Part shown: positions 21,235 through 30,315 of the stretch, piece after piece
Numbering within the stretch: position 1 is the stretch's first letter
Layout of the letters: each line of letters begins with the position of its first letter
From: Mycoplasmoides genitalium G37
Lineage (GTDB): Bacteria > Bacillota_I > Bacilli_A > Mycoplasmatales > Mycoplasmoidaceae
DNA length: 32,000 nucleotides
Assembly (NCBI RefSeq): GCF_000027325.1
Contig: NC_000908.2
Location: 450,001 to 482,000, forward strand
Direction of reading: 5' to 3'
Translations under genes and position numbers: made by a program
The notes under the pieces: model-generated
The model's database searches: none
What the model saw: the letters and a program-made list of their open reading frames with translations, nothing else
What the model was told of the DNA's origin: nothing

Positions 21235-22066
21235 TTTCCTTTAATCATTGAATATCACTTTCTGTTAGTTTAGGACTTTTACCAGTTAATATGTAATTTT
21301 CATATCAAATTCTCGCCTTATCAACTAAAACACTAAATCCCTTATGATCTATCTTGATAGGAATTAACCTAATTTCTCTATTGCTAGCATTAAATTGTTC
21401 TGGTAAGACATAATCTTCTGGTTTCAAAAAGGCAATTGCAAAAAGTCCTTTATTTACATTGCGCAAATATAGATAAAGACCAATTTGACAATAATATAAA
21501 GTACTGATAATAATTTTTCCATTACTGTCAAATCAACTATCTTTTTTGCCATCTTTCTTTTTAACAATAGGCATACCATTTTCATCAAGAATCATCTTGA
21601 GATTTCCATTGATTTTTTTATAAATAAGACTATCGCAAGAAGTTGTTTTAATCTCTAACATAGGAAGATCATTTTGATAAGCTAATTCACCATTTTCATC
21701 AAGAGGTTCACCATCAGGTATCCCACCAAAAACACTATCATCCTTAAATAAATCAAATTGAACTTTTTTAGGATCATAAGAATGAAAATTAAAACCAGTT
21801 TTTAAATTGACATAATCACGTATTTTAGGTTCTATTATGTTTCCAGCTTTTGCCAGTGTTTCATCAAATTCATCTTCATAAATTTTGACCATATTAGCTC
21901 AAGTTTTAAATGATGACTCATATTCAGATAAACCTAAAACCTTGCCAAAGCGAGTACCGGTTATTTTTTTAAATAGAGCTTTATTTCTTAAAAAATACTG
22001 TTCTGATAGAACAATTTGATTATCAACTATATCAAAATCAGTTTTATATTGCTTTATAAATCCCAT
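21221..22066 (-). CDS. YqaJ/lambda-exonuclease-family PD-(D/E)xK nuclease homolog (281 aa)
   Basis: I extended track ORF 21533..21892 in both directions codon by codon. The ATG is at 22064-22066, TGA occur at 21899, 21533, 21305 and 21245, and the TAG is at 21221-21223. Motifs appear in the family order: KKITGTRFGKVLGLS, AGNIIEPKIRDY, GGIPDGE, LPMLEIKTTS (D...ExK) and YYCQIGLYLYL. Confidence 0.75.
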
Positions 22067-22891
22067 TTATTTCATCAACTGTTCACAAATTCCTTTTAAA
22101 ACAATTGATATTTCAGGATTATTAAATTCCTCATCATTATCTGGTTGTTTTTTGCTTAAAAATACAACACTTGCTAATTGATTAATGTTATTAATTGGAA
22201 CTTCTGTCACATTTAAATAATGAACATCTTTTAAAGAGCAATTCTTGCTTTTAACATATGTTTCTAAAGCACTAAACTTGGAATTTTTTGTGCTAGTAAA
22301 TAAAAAATTTTCGTTATAAAAATTGCTGTAATGAAACTTAGGCTGACCACTAGAAATATGTTCCATAAGTTGAAAGTCTAAATGATACTGAGGACTAAAT
22401 ACATAAATAGAACTAACATCCATTTCACTGAGATTTTTTAAGAAATTTTGGTACTTTAATGTTTGGTCAAATTCCGTTAATCAAATTAATTTGAATTGCT
22501 TATATTTTTCTAATGAAATAAAGTAATTAATTGTTGTATTAGGTTCCTCACTAATCTTGCTTTTTCCAATTGCAAAAACACCAGAATTAGTAATAATAGC
22601 ATGGTGTACAATAGTGTCTATACTAACAGAATCTAAAAAAGATTGATAGATAAATTCATTGGTTTTGCTAATTCATATAATCGCGCCTGATTCTGCAATT
22701 ATATCAACATCATCTAACGAGAGTAAATCAAGTAAATAAAGCACTGCTTGTTGTCAACAACTTGACATAAAAACAAGTTGATGGTTATTCGCTTGAATGA
22801 AATTAAAAAAGTTTTTTCATACTTCTAAATCCTTTGTAGTGTTAAAAAAATTTGCTGTATTAATATCTAAAACAACTATTTTTCTATCCAT
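22067..22891 (-). CDS. HAD-superfamily (Cof-like) protein with degenerate catalytic motifs (274 aa)
   Basis: I extended track ORF 22067..22423 upstream codon by codon to the ATG at 22889-22891, crossing TGA at 22481, 22673, 22754 and 22817. The N-terminus is MDRKIVVLDINTANFF, where Cof-type phosphatases have DxDGTLL. IIAESGAIIW resembles the Cof xxNGAxI segment. There is no clear GDxxND motif. Confidence 0.6.
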
Positions 22892-24578
22892 CTCTTCTAA
22901 CTCTTTTAACAAAATTATTAAAGCTAATTCTGGTGATTTTTTCACCTTTAAAACCACGGCATGTCAACTTCTCTAAATTCTCTATTTCTTTATCTCCAAC
23001 AATAAGTTGTAAAGGAATTTTTTCAATGATTGCTTGTCTAACTTTTTTAGCTAAGCGATCTTGATTATCATCTAAATTTACACGGATGTTTTCTTTTAGC
23101 AATTTGTTATAAAGTTTTTTTGCTGCCTTTAAATGCTTTTGGATATTAACAGGAATAATTACGGCTTGAACAGGTGCTAACCATAAAGGAAAATTACCAC
23201 TTGTTTTTTCAAGTAAAGCAGCAATAAACCTTTCATAAGTTCCAATAATTCCAACATGGATAATAACTGGTTTTTTTAGTGTATTTTTTTTATCTATATA
23301 AGTTAGATCAAATTTTTCTGGTAGTAAAAAATCTAGTTGAATGGTGGCAATAGTAATCATTTTTTTAAAGATTGTTTTGAACTGAAAATCAATTTTTGGT
23401 CCATAAAAAGCAGCAGCTCCTATCTCTTTTTGATATTGGATATTTAAATCTTTTAAAACATTCTCCATTTGGCTTTCAGATTCTCTTCATAAACCAGGAT
23501 TATCAATAAATTTTGATTGATTTTTAGGATCATGTAGAGAAAGATCTATCCTATCAAATATAAATCCAAATTTTTTATTAACTTTTTGAATTAAATTAAA
23601 TGCGTTTTTAATCTCACTTTTAATTTGATCTGCACGACAAAAAATGTGATTATCAAGTAAAGTCATGCACCTCACTCTTTCTAATCCTATTAATCCTCCA
23701 GAGGCTTCAAAACGATGCAAAATAGAATCTTCTGAAAAGCGCTGTGGCATTTTTTTATATGAATATCGTTTTTGTTTGAAAATCAGACAGTGATGAGGAC
23801 ATGTCATAGGACGAAGCATCATTGCTTGACTATCAAGTTTAATAGCAGGAAACATATCTTCCTTATAGTGCTGATAGTGGCCGCTAATTTTAAAAAGCTC
23901 TATGTTAGCTAATACAGGAGAACAAACAGTATTAAAACCAAACAATAGTTGCTGGTGATGCACAAAATTACCGATTATATTCCTTAGTGTTGTACCCTTT
24001 GCTAATCAAATAGGAAGACCTGCACCGATCAGTGGGTCAAAGCTAAATAACTCTAATTGTTTACCTAAAGATCTGTGATCCTTCTTCAAGCGTTCTTCAT
24101 TTTCTTTTATTAATTGTTCTAATTCTTTTTTTGATTGAGCAAAAATGCCATTAATCCTCTGAAGTTGTAATTGTGAAGGATCTCCCAAAAAATAATTTAC
24201 GCTTACATTTAATAGCTTAATAAAACTTTTTTTAATAAAAGTTAAAGTTAAATCTTCTATTCAAAAATGTTTATTTTCAAAAAAGGTGATTTTAAATTTG
24301 TTTAAGTTGCTTTTTTTTAATAAGTTTTTTGTAAACTGATCATTTTCAAAAAAACTTAATGCTTCATCTAAAGAAACAAATTTTTGAGAAATCCCTTCTA
24401 GTTTACTAGAAAGAGAGTTTAAATCAGATTCTATTTTTGCAAACTGTTTTGTAGAAAAATTCTCATTTATATAAAAATCTAAATAAAATTCATCTCCATT
24501 AAAACCATGTTCACCAAACTGAACATTAGCATATTTGCATTTTAACCATATTTGTAATAAAAGAACTCCTGCAAGCAT
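22884..24578 (-). CDS. thrS: Threonyl-tRNA synthetase (564 aa), lacking the TGS domain and with a degenerate editing domain
   Basis: Fragments 22884..23468, 23487..23963, 24006..24188 and 24261..24578 are all in one phase, and the total length equals 565 codons. The class II core includes RMTCPHHCLIF, HRFEASGGLIGLERVR and FYGPKIDF, followed by an anticodon-binding C-terminus. Confidence 0.95.
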
Positions 24579-24892
24579 TAAGATTCTTGATAATCAATCA
24601 TTACTTTTGAATTTGGTTTCATAATTTTGACAACTTCGATTGTTGTTTTTCAAATTCCACTGCGTTTTTCTAGGTAAGTGCGCAGAATACCTTCGATGCT
24701 AATTGTTTTAAATTTTTGAGTATATGCTTCAAGTTCAAATGCTAATTGACCATTTGCATAAAAAACAAAAAAATCAGTAAAACTTCGTTCACCAAACAAA
24801 CGTTTCTGCTTAATAGTTACTAAAAATCCTGTCTTTTTGTGGCTTCACTTTGTGCTTTCTATTTCACCTTCCAAAAAAACGCAATTTAACAT
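24578..24892 (-). CDS. Small SSB-like OB-fold protein (104 aa); absent from the ORF track
   Basis: The ATG is at 24890-24892, there are two in-frame TGA, and the TAA at 24578-24580 shares 1 nt with the thrS ATG. The translation is MLNCVFLEGEIESTKWSHKKTGFLVTIKQKRLFGERSFTDFFVFYANGQLAFELEAYTQKFKTISIEGILRTYLEKRSGIWKTTIEVVKIMKPNSKVMIDYQES. The pattern N-x-V-x-L-x-G ... DFF ... G-x-LA ... ISIEGxLRTY ... TIEVV matches the layout of the bacterial SSB/PriB OB fold. There is no acidic C-terminal tail. Confidence 0.6.
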
Positions 24893-24897
24893 GCTTT

Positions 24898-25479
24898 TTA
24901 GCTAGGTAATTGACCTGTTAAGTTGAAATGAAATTTAAAGTGGTTAATTGTTTCTAAAACCATTCTTTCTTCTATTAATGCAGTTCTAATACCTTCAAAC
25001 TTTTGTTTATCATCAAGATATTCTCTAACATTCTGATTAGTTTTTTCATAATACAAGCTAATAACTCTTTTAACAATATCATCACTAACTTCAACCTTTC
25101 ATTCCTTTTGTAAGAAATTAAATACTAAAGCTTTTTTAATGATTTTTTCAGCTATTGATTGAATTGTTTTTTCATCAGCATCTTTAACAACATCTCTTTT
25201 CAAGCCTTCAACAACATTTTTTAACTCTTCAGGGTTAATTTGAAATTCAAAATAACTAACAATTTCATTCATTGCTGCTGAAAACAAATTATCTTTAATA
25301 ACAATATGAGTTAGTTCGTGGTAAAGAGCACTTTCCTTAGCATCTTTAAAAGAAGCTAAAATTCTTTGCCGATGTTGCTCAATAAAAGCAGGATCTGCAA
25401 AAATACGATCAACTTCAATTACCTTATCATACTGAATAGGTTTTTGCAACTTTGCAATAGATTTAAGATTAGTAGCCAT
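24898..25479 (-). CDS. Hypothetical protein (193 aa), possibly related to the trigger-factor C-terminal (chaperone arm) domain
   Basis: I extended track ORF 25099..25479 through a TGA at 25099 to the TAA at 24898-24900, reading every codon. The segment ...AEKIIKKALVFNFLQKEWKVEVSDDIVKRVISLYYEKTNQNVREYLDDKQKFEGIRTALIEERMVLETI resembles the conserved part of the TF C-domain. This rests on alignment by eye only. Confidence 0.5.
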
Positions 25480-25525
25480 ATTTTTAGAAACTTATTAAAT
25501 TTTAATTCCTATATGCGTGAAGAAT

Positions 25526-27139
25526 TTACATTTGTTGTGGTGTTGAAATCTTCAAAACATCAAGGATTTGTTTAACTATAAATTGTAATGATCTCAATAA
25601 AGCAAGTCTTTGTGCTGATAAAAGTGAATTTTTATCATCATTAATTTTGCAAACTTTATACCAGGAATGAAATAAACTAGCAGTTTCATATAAAAAGTTA
25701 GTTAATAAGTGCAATTCGCCTGTTTCCATAGCTTTTTGCAACATAAAAGGATAATAGACAAGTTGATTTAAAAGTGATATCTCTTTTTCATTAATCAAAA
25801 GACTGCAATCAGTAATTTCTTTTAATTGATCAGAATTTGCAATTCTAAGAATACTATTCATTCTTGCAAACGCATATTGAACATAATAAACTGGATTAGC
25901 AGAGTTTTGCAAATTAGCTATATCTAAATCAATTTTGATAATTGTGCCATTATTTTGAGATAACATAAATCATCTAGCAGCATCTTCACTAATCATTGAA
26001 AGCATTGTTTCAATTGTGATTACATTTCCAGCACGTTTTGACAAACGTACTAGCTCTTTATTTTTATAGAGAGTAACCAGTTGTAATGCAAAAATTTTTA
26101 AAGAAGTTTTAGTGGTATTTTTTAAAGCATCAAATGCACAATACATCCTTTTAATATGTCCTTCATGATCAGTGCCTCAAACATTAAATAGAATGTCAAA
26201 GCCACGTTGTAATTTTTCTAAGTGATAAGCAACATCAGTTCCAAAATAAGAAGCTCTTTTATCACTTCTAATTAAAACTCTATCCTTATCATCTCCATAA
26301 AGCGTAGTTTTTAGTCAGAGTGCATTATCTTGATAAAAATAACTATTTGGTTTAAGTTGTTCTAAAAGATCATTAAAATTTGTTTTTTTAACAATTTCGC
26401 TTTCAAATTTTCAACTATCAATAAAAACATGGATTTTATTCAAATCACTTTTAATTAAAGACAAAACTTTTTGGGTGCAATTAACTAAAAAATGATCTAA
26501 GAATGATGTTTTACAAAACTCTTCAAAATTTAAATTATCAACTGGAAAATTTTCAATTTCACTAGCAATTTTATCTATTACTATTCCACTATATCCATCA
26601 GGATGTTGCTGGATAGCAATATTTTTTTTTAACTGCAAACTTTGATAAACACTAAAGCTAAAAACTCGTGCTTGTTGTCCATAATCATTTACCCAATATT
26701 CACAGACTGTTGTATAACCCAACAGCTTGGCTAAATTGTTTAAAACATCACCAAAAAAAGCTATTCTCACATGACCTAAATGGATCCTTCCGGTAGGATT
26801 TGCTGATACAGATTCAATTAAAATCTTTATATTTTTCTTAGTAAAGCAAGGTGTTTTTATCAAGTATTCTAAGTACTTTTGATAGCTAATTTGAAAGTTT
26901 ATAAAATTATTGTTAGCAATAAAAACATTTTGGTAGTTATCCTTTTTATTTTTTAAAAATCACTCAACAATACTATCTGCAATTTTTTTATGATTTTCAC
27001 TTTTTAGTTGGAAAATAATAGTTGAAGAAAAACCATTAAAACTATTATTTTTAACTAGTTTAACAAGTTCCTTTTGGTCATCAAATTTAAGCTTTAAAGC
27101 GCTAATGCATTCTTTTAAATCATTGATGATAAAAAACAT
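25526..27139 (-). CDS. argS: Arginyl-tRNA synthetase (537 aa)
   Basis: Fragments 25526..25966 and 26411..26863 are in phase with the ATG at 27137-27139, and the total is 538 codons. The translation has [17 protein letters not shown] (the class I HIGH region) and a DALR-type anticodon-binding C-terminus. Confidence 0.93.
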
Positions 27140-27147
27140 TACTTTAA

Positions 27148-27153
27148 ATTATA
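27148..27153 (-). promoter_or_regulatory. Candidate -10 box TATAAT for argS, 8 nt upstream of its ATG (near-leaderless)
   Basis: The plus strand reads attata at 27148-27153, which is TATAAT on the minus strand. The whole divergent argS/mnmG spacer is only 28 bp (27140-27167). Confidence 0.45.
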
Positions 27154-27167
27154 TTTAATGATGCAAA

Positions 27168-29006
27168 ATGTCTTTTATCATAACAGTAATAGGTGCTGGG
27201 CATGCTGGATTGGAAGCCGCTTTCATTGTAAGCAAATTCAACATCAAAGTAAACCTTTTAGTTCTTGATATAAATCATTTAGGTTCTTGTCCATGTAATC
27301 CTTCAATTGGTGGACCTGCTAAGGGAATTGTTACTAGGGAAATTGATGTTTTAGGAGGTATGCAAGCAATTGCTGCTGATAACAATGCCTTACAATATAA
27401 ATTACTAAATAGTTCAAAAGGACCTGCTGTGCAAGCTATCAGAGCACAAATTGACAAAATAGGTTATAAAAACTGGTTTCAAAGTCAAGTTAAATTAAAT
27501 AAAAACATTAATCTAATTCAATCTGAAGCAATCAATTTAATTGTTAGAAATGAAAAAATAAAAGGCGTTATTTTAAAAGACGGAAGTGAACTTTTAAGTG
27601 ATGCGGTTATTATCACTACCGGAACGTACCTAAGATCAAAAACATACTGTGGTAATACAGTTAAAAATCAAGGACCTGATCAATCTAAAAATAGTGAAAA
27701 ATTAAGCACAAACTTAATTAACAGAGGTTTTAAAACAATTCGTTTAAAAACAGGAACTCCGCCAAGAATTTTAAAAACTTCACTTGACTATAATCAAATG
27801 GAATTAGAAATTAATAATAATCAAAACCTTGCTTTTAGTACTACAAATAAAAATTTCTTACCACTTGAAAAACAAATACCTTGTTACTTAGTTCATACCA
27901 ATCAAAAAATTCACGATCTAATCCTTAAAAACTTAAAAAAATCTGCAATGTTTAATGGTAGTATTTCAGCACAAGGACCACTTTATTGTCCAAGCATTGA
28001 AGACAAAGTTTTTAAGTTCTCTCAAAAACCTCGTCACCAAATTTTTGTAGAACCTGAATCATTGAGTCTAGATACTATTTATTTAGCAGGATTATCAACT
28101 TCTTTTACACCAGAAATTCAAAAAGAAATCATCCAGCTTTTACCTGGTTTTCAAAATGCAGAAATTAAAAAGTTTGGTTACGCTATTGAATATGATGCTT
28201 TTCTATCTAATCAACTAAAACCAACACTTGAAACGAAGTTAATAGAAAACTTGTATTTTGCTGGACAAATTAATGGCACTAGCGGTTATGAAGAAGCTGC
28301 TGGTCAAGGTTTGATGGCAGGAATTAATGCTGCTTTAAAATTATTAAAAAAACCACCATTTATTTTGCAACGTAATGAGGCTTATATTGGGGTTATGATT
28401 AATGATTTAGTTACTAAAACAATCAGTGATCCATACCGTTTGTTAACATCCAGAGCAGAATATAGACTATGATTGAGAAATGACAATGTTCAAGAACGGC
28501 TCATTAAAAAAAGCTTTGAACTTGGTTTAACAGATAAAAAAACATATGAATTGTTCCTTAAAAAGGAAAAGAAAAAACAGGAATTAATTTCATTTTTAAA
28601 AAACACTCAAGTAGGCAAGGTTAAAGCATTGAAATTCACTAATAAAAATACCGCTCAATCACTTTATGACTTCAACAAACGAAGTGAAATAAATTTAGAT
28701 AAATTGATCAAAGATCTTCCTGAAAAATACCAATTAGATTCAGAAACACTTAAACAAATTGAAATTGAAATTAAATATGAGGGTTACATAAAGAAAAATG
28801 AAAAGTATTTTAAGGGTTTAGATAAATTAAGCAAAATTAAAATTCCTCATACTTTTGATTACCATAAGGTTAAGAATTTAGCTAGTGAAGCTATTTTTAA
28901 ACTATCTAACTTTAAGCCTAGTAATTTAGCAATTGCAAGTCAAATAGCTGGAGTGAACTTTAATGACATTATAGCCATAAAACATTTTTTAAAAACTTAT
29001 GAATAA
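27168..29006 (+). CDS. mnmG: tRNA uridine-5-carboxymethylaminomethyl modification enzyme MnmG/GidA (612 aa)
   Basis: Track ORFs 27168..28472 and 28473..29006 are contiguous and in phase, separated by a TGA at 28470-28472. The translation has [12 protein letters not shown] (FAD-binding), [33 protein letters not shown] and [11 protein letters not shown]. Confidence 0.95.
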
Positions 29007-29577
29007 TGCTAATTTTGAAAAATATGTTGATTTAGTTTTTGAAGCAAACAAAAATTTCAACTTAACAGGATTTAAAACAAAAGAAGCTATTTATCAGAAT
29101 TTAGTTATAGAAATATTGACATTATTTAAAGGATATGAAAAATTTTTTATTGACAAAACTGTAGCAGACTTGGGAAGTGGAAATGGTTCGCCTGGGATAA
29201 TATTAAAACTGTTATTTCAAAAAATAAAAAAGTTAGTTTTAATTGATAGTAAACACAAAAAAATTAGCTTTTTAAATAAATTAACTAAGCAACTAAATCT
29301 GGAGAAAACTGTTGCAATTTGTGAACGAATTGAAGTACATAAAAATCACTATGATGTTATCTGTTCTCGTGGTCTAAGTACGATTATTAAAGTTAATGAT
29401 TTAGCATTTTCCTTGCTTAACTCAAAAGGTATTATTTTTCATATAAAACAAAGCTTAGACCAATACATTGAATTTGAAAAATCAAATCAGAAGAATCAAT
29501 TTAACTTGTTATTTATAAAGCACTTTACTAGTCAGAATAAAAAACTAATTTTGATAGCTTTACAAAAAAATGATTAA
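28999..29577 (+). CDS. rsmG: 16S rRNA m7G527 methyltransferase RsmG/GidB (192 aa)
   Basis: Intact ORF with the SAM-binding motif DLGSGNGSPGI. It overlaps the mnmG 3' end by 8 nt, in the conserved mnmG-rsmG order. Confidence 0.9.
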   Translation: MNNANFEKYVDLVFEANKNFNLTGFKTKEAIYQNLVIEILTLFKGYEKFFIDKTVADLGSGNGSPGIILKLLFQKIKKLVLIDSKHKKISFLNKLTKQLNLEKTVAICERIEVHKNHYDVICSRGLSTIIKVNDLAFSLLNSKGIIFHIKQSLDQYIEFEKSNQKNQFNLLFIKHFTSQNKKLILIALQKND

Positions 29578-30226
29578 GTTAGGTTGAGCGTCTTTTAGTA
29601 ATACAGAATTTGCTCAAGATATCTTTATAAAGTTTGCCAATCAATTCTATAAACAAGATGATGCTGGAACAATTTTATTTGAACTAAAAAAAACATTAGG
29701 AGTTAATCAACTAGATGAAATTGAAAAAAATAAAAAAGTTATTATTGTTAATCAGTTTCAAAATAGCTTAGGCAAATTTTTACTTTTTAATAAAGAAAAT
29801 ACTAAAAGAATAAACAGTTTAGCTAATGAACATATAAGTTCTTTTTTAAAAAAAATTTTCAGATTATCTGGATTTAAAGATATGTTGATTGATGTTCAAC
29901 ATCATAAAAAGTTACAAAAATGTTTATTAAGAGAAATTCATCTTTTAGTTTGTTTAATTAATAGCAATCAATTTAGTGATGAATTAATGCAAATTATTGA
30001 GTGGTATCAGTATTTAAAAAAACACTCTAGTAAACTTTTTGTTATTACTGCAAGTAGTGATAAAAAACCAGTAATAGAGCCAACTATAAATGAATATAAA
30101 GCTATTTTTGGAGAGTATTTATCTTCATTTCACCTAGATCTAAAAAATAATCAAAGTAATGATTTATTCCAGAAATTACTTGATCAGATCAAAATAAAAG
30201 CTACCTCAAAAACTAGTTTGAGATAG
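29570..30226 (+). CDS. Hypothetical protein (218 aa)
   Basis: The ATG at 29570 (within ATGATTAA, overlapping the rsmG stop) is in phase with track ORF 29882..30226, with one TGA (MIKLGWASF...). I read every codon. I recognise no motif. Confidence 0.55.
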
Positions 30227-30239
30227 CTAAAAATATAAA

Positions 30240-30315
30240 TGGCGCATCGGGAGGGATTTGAACCCACGACAACACGCTTAGAAGGCGTGTACTCTATCCA
30301 CTGAGCTACCGACGC
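30240..30315 (-). tRNA. tRNA-Arg (anticodon UCU), 76 nt with encoded CCA
   Basis: The reverse complement is GCGTCGGTAGCTCAGTGGATAGAGTACACGCCTTCTAAGCGTGTTGTCGTGGGTTCAAATCCCTCCCGATGCGCCA. It folds as a cloverleaf by hand: a 7-bp acceptor stem with one G-U pair, a D arm GCTC/GAGT, an anticodon stem CACGC/GCGTG, a loop CT-TCT-AA, and a T arm GTGGG-TTCAAAT-CCCTC with one U-U mismatch. Confidence 0.93.

Noticed and set aside
25499-25504. A TAAAAT hexamer (minus strand) in the 46-nt argS/TF-C-like spacer, considered as an internal promoter, along with similar TAnAAT hexamers in the 10952-11014 and 5948-6054 divergent spacers.
   Set aside because: TAnAAT-like hexamers occur very frequently in this AT-rich DNA. 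Without TSS data they are not discriminating. I kept only the two cases with additional context, clpB and argS.
1170-27457. Track ORFs lying antisense to, or out of frame within, the genes called above: 1170..1376(-), 1974..2165(+), 2214..2696(+), 2518..2706(-), 2751..3053(+), 3594..3779(+), 7553..7837(-), 10344..10553(-), 10960..11286(-), 12089..12289(-), 14163..14354(-), 14900..15100(+), 18963..19160(+), 20084..20329(+), 25366..25575(+), 27275..27457(-).
   Set aside because: Each overlaps a gene with strong motif support: clpB, ruvB, rplL/rpmF, fmt, rnc, thiI, argS, mnmG and others. Their translations are low-complexity Ser/Leu/Phe/Lys-rich shadow sequences typical of the opposite strand of AT-rich genes. 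None shows a recognisable motif.
30289-30300. A U-U mismatch in the T-stem of tRNA-Arg(UCU), considered as a sign of a tRNA pseudogene.
   Set aside because: All other stems, the conserved GTTCAAAT T-loop, the D-loop GG and the anticodon loop geometry are intact, and CCA is encoded. A single non-canonical pair is compatible with a functional tRNA.
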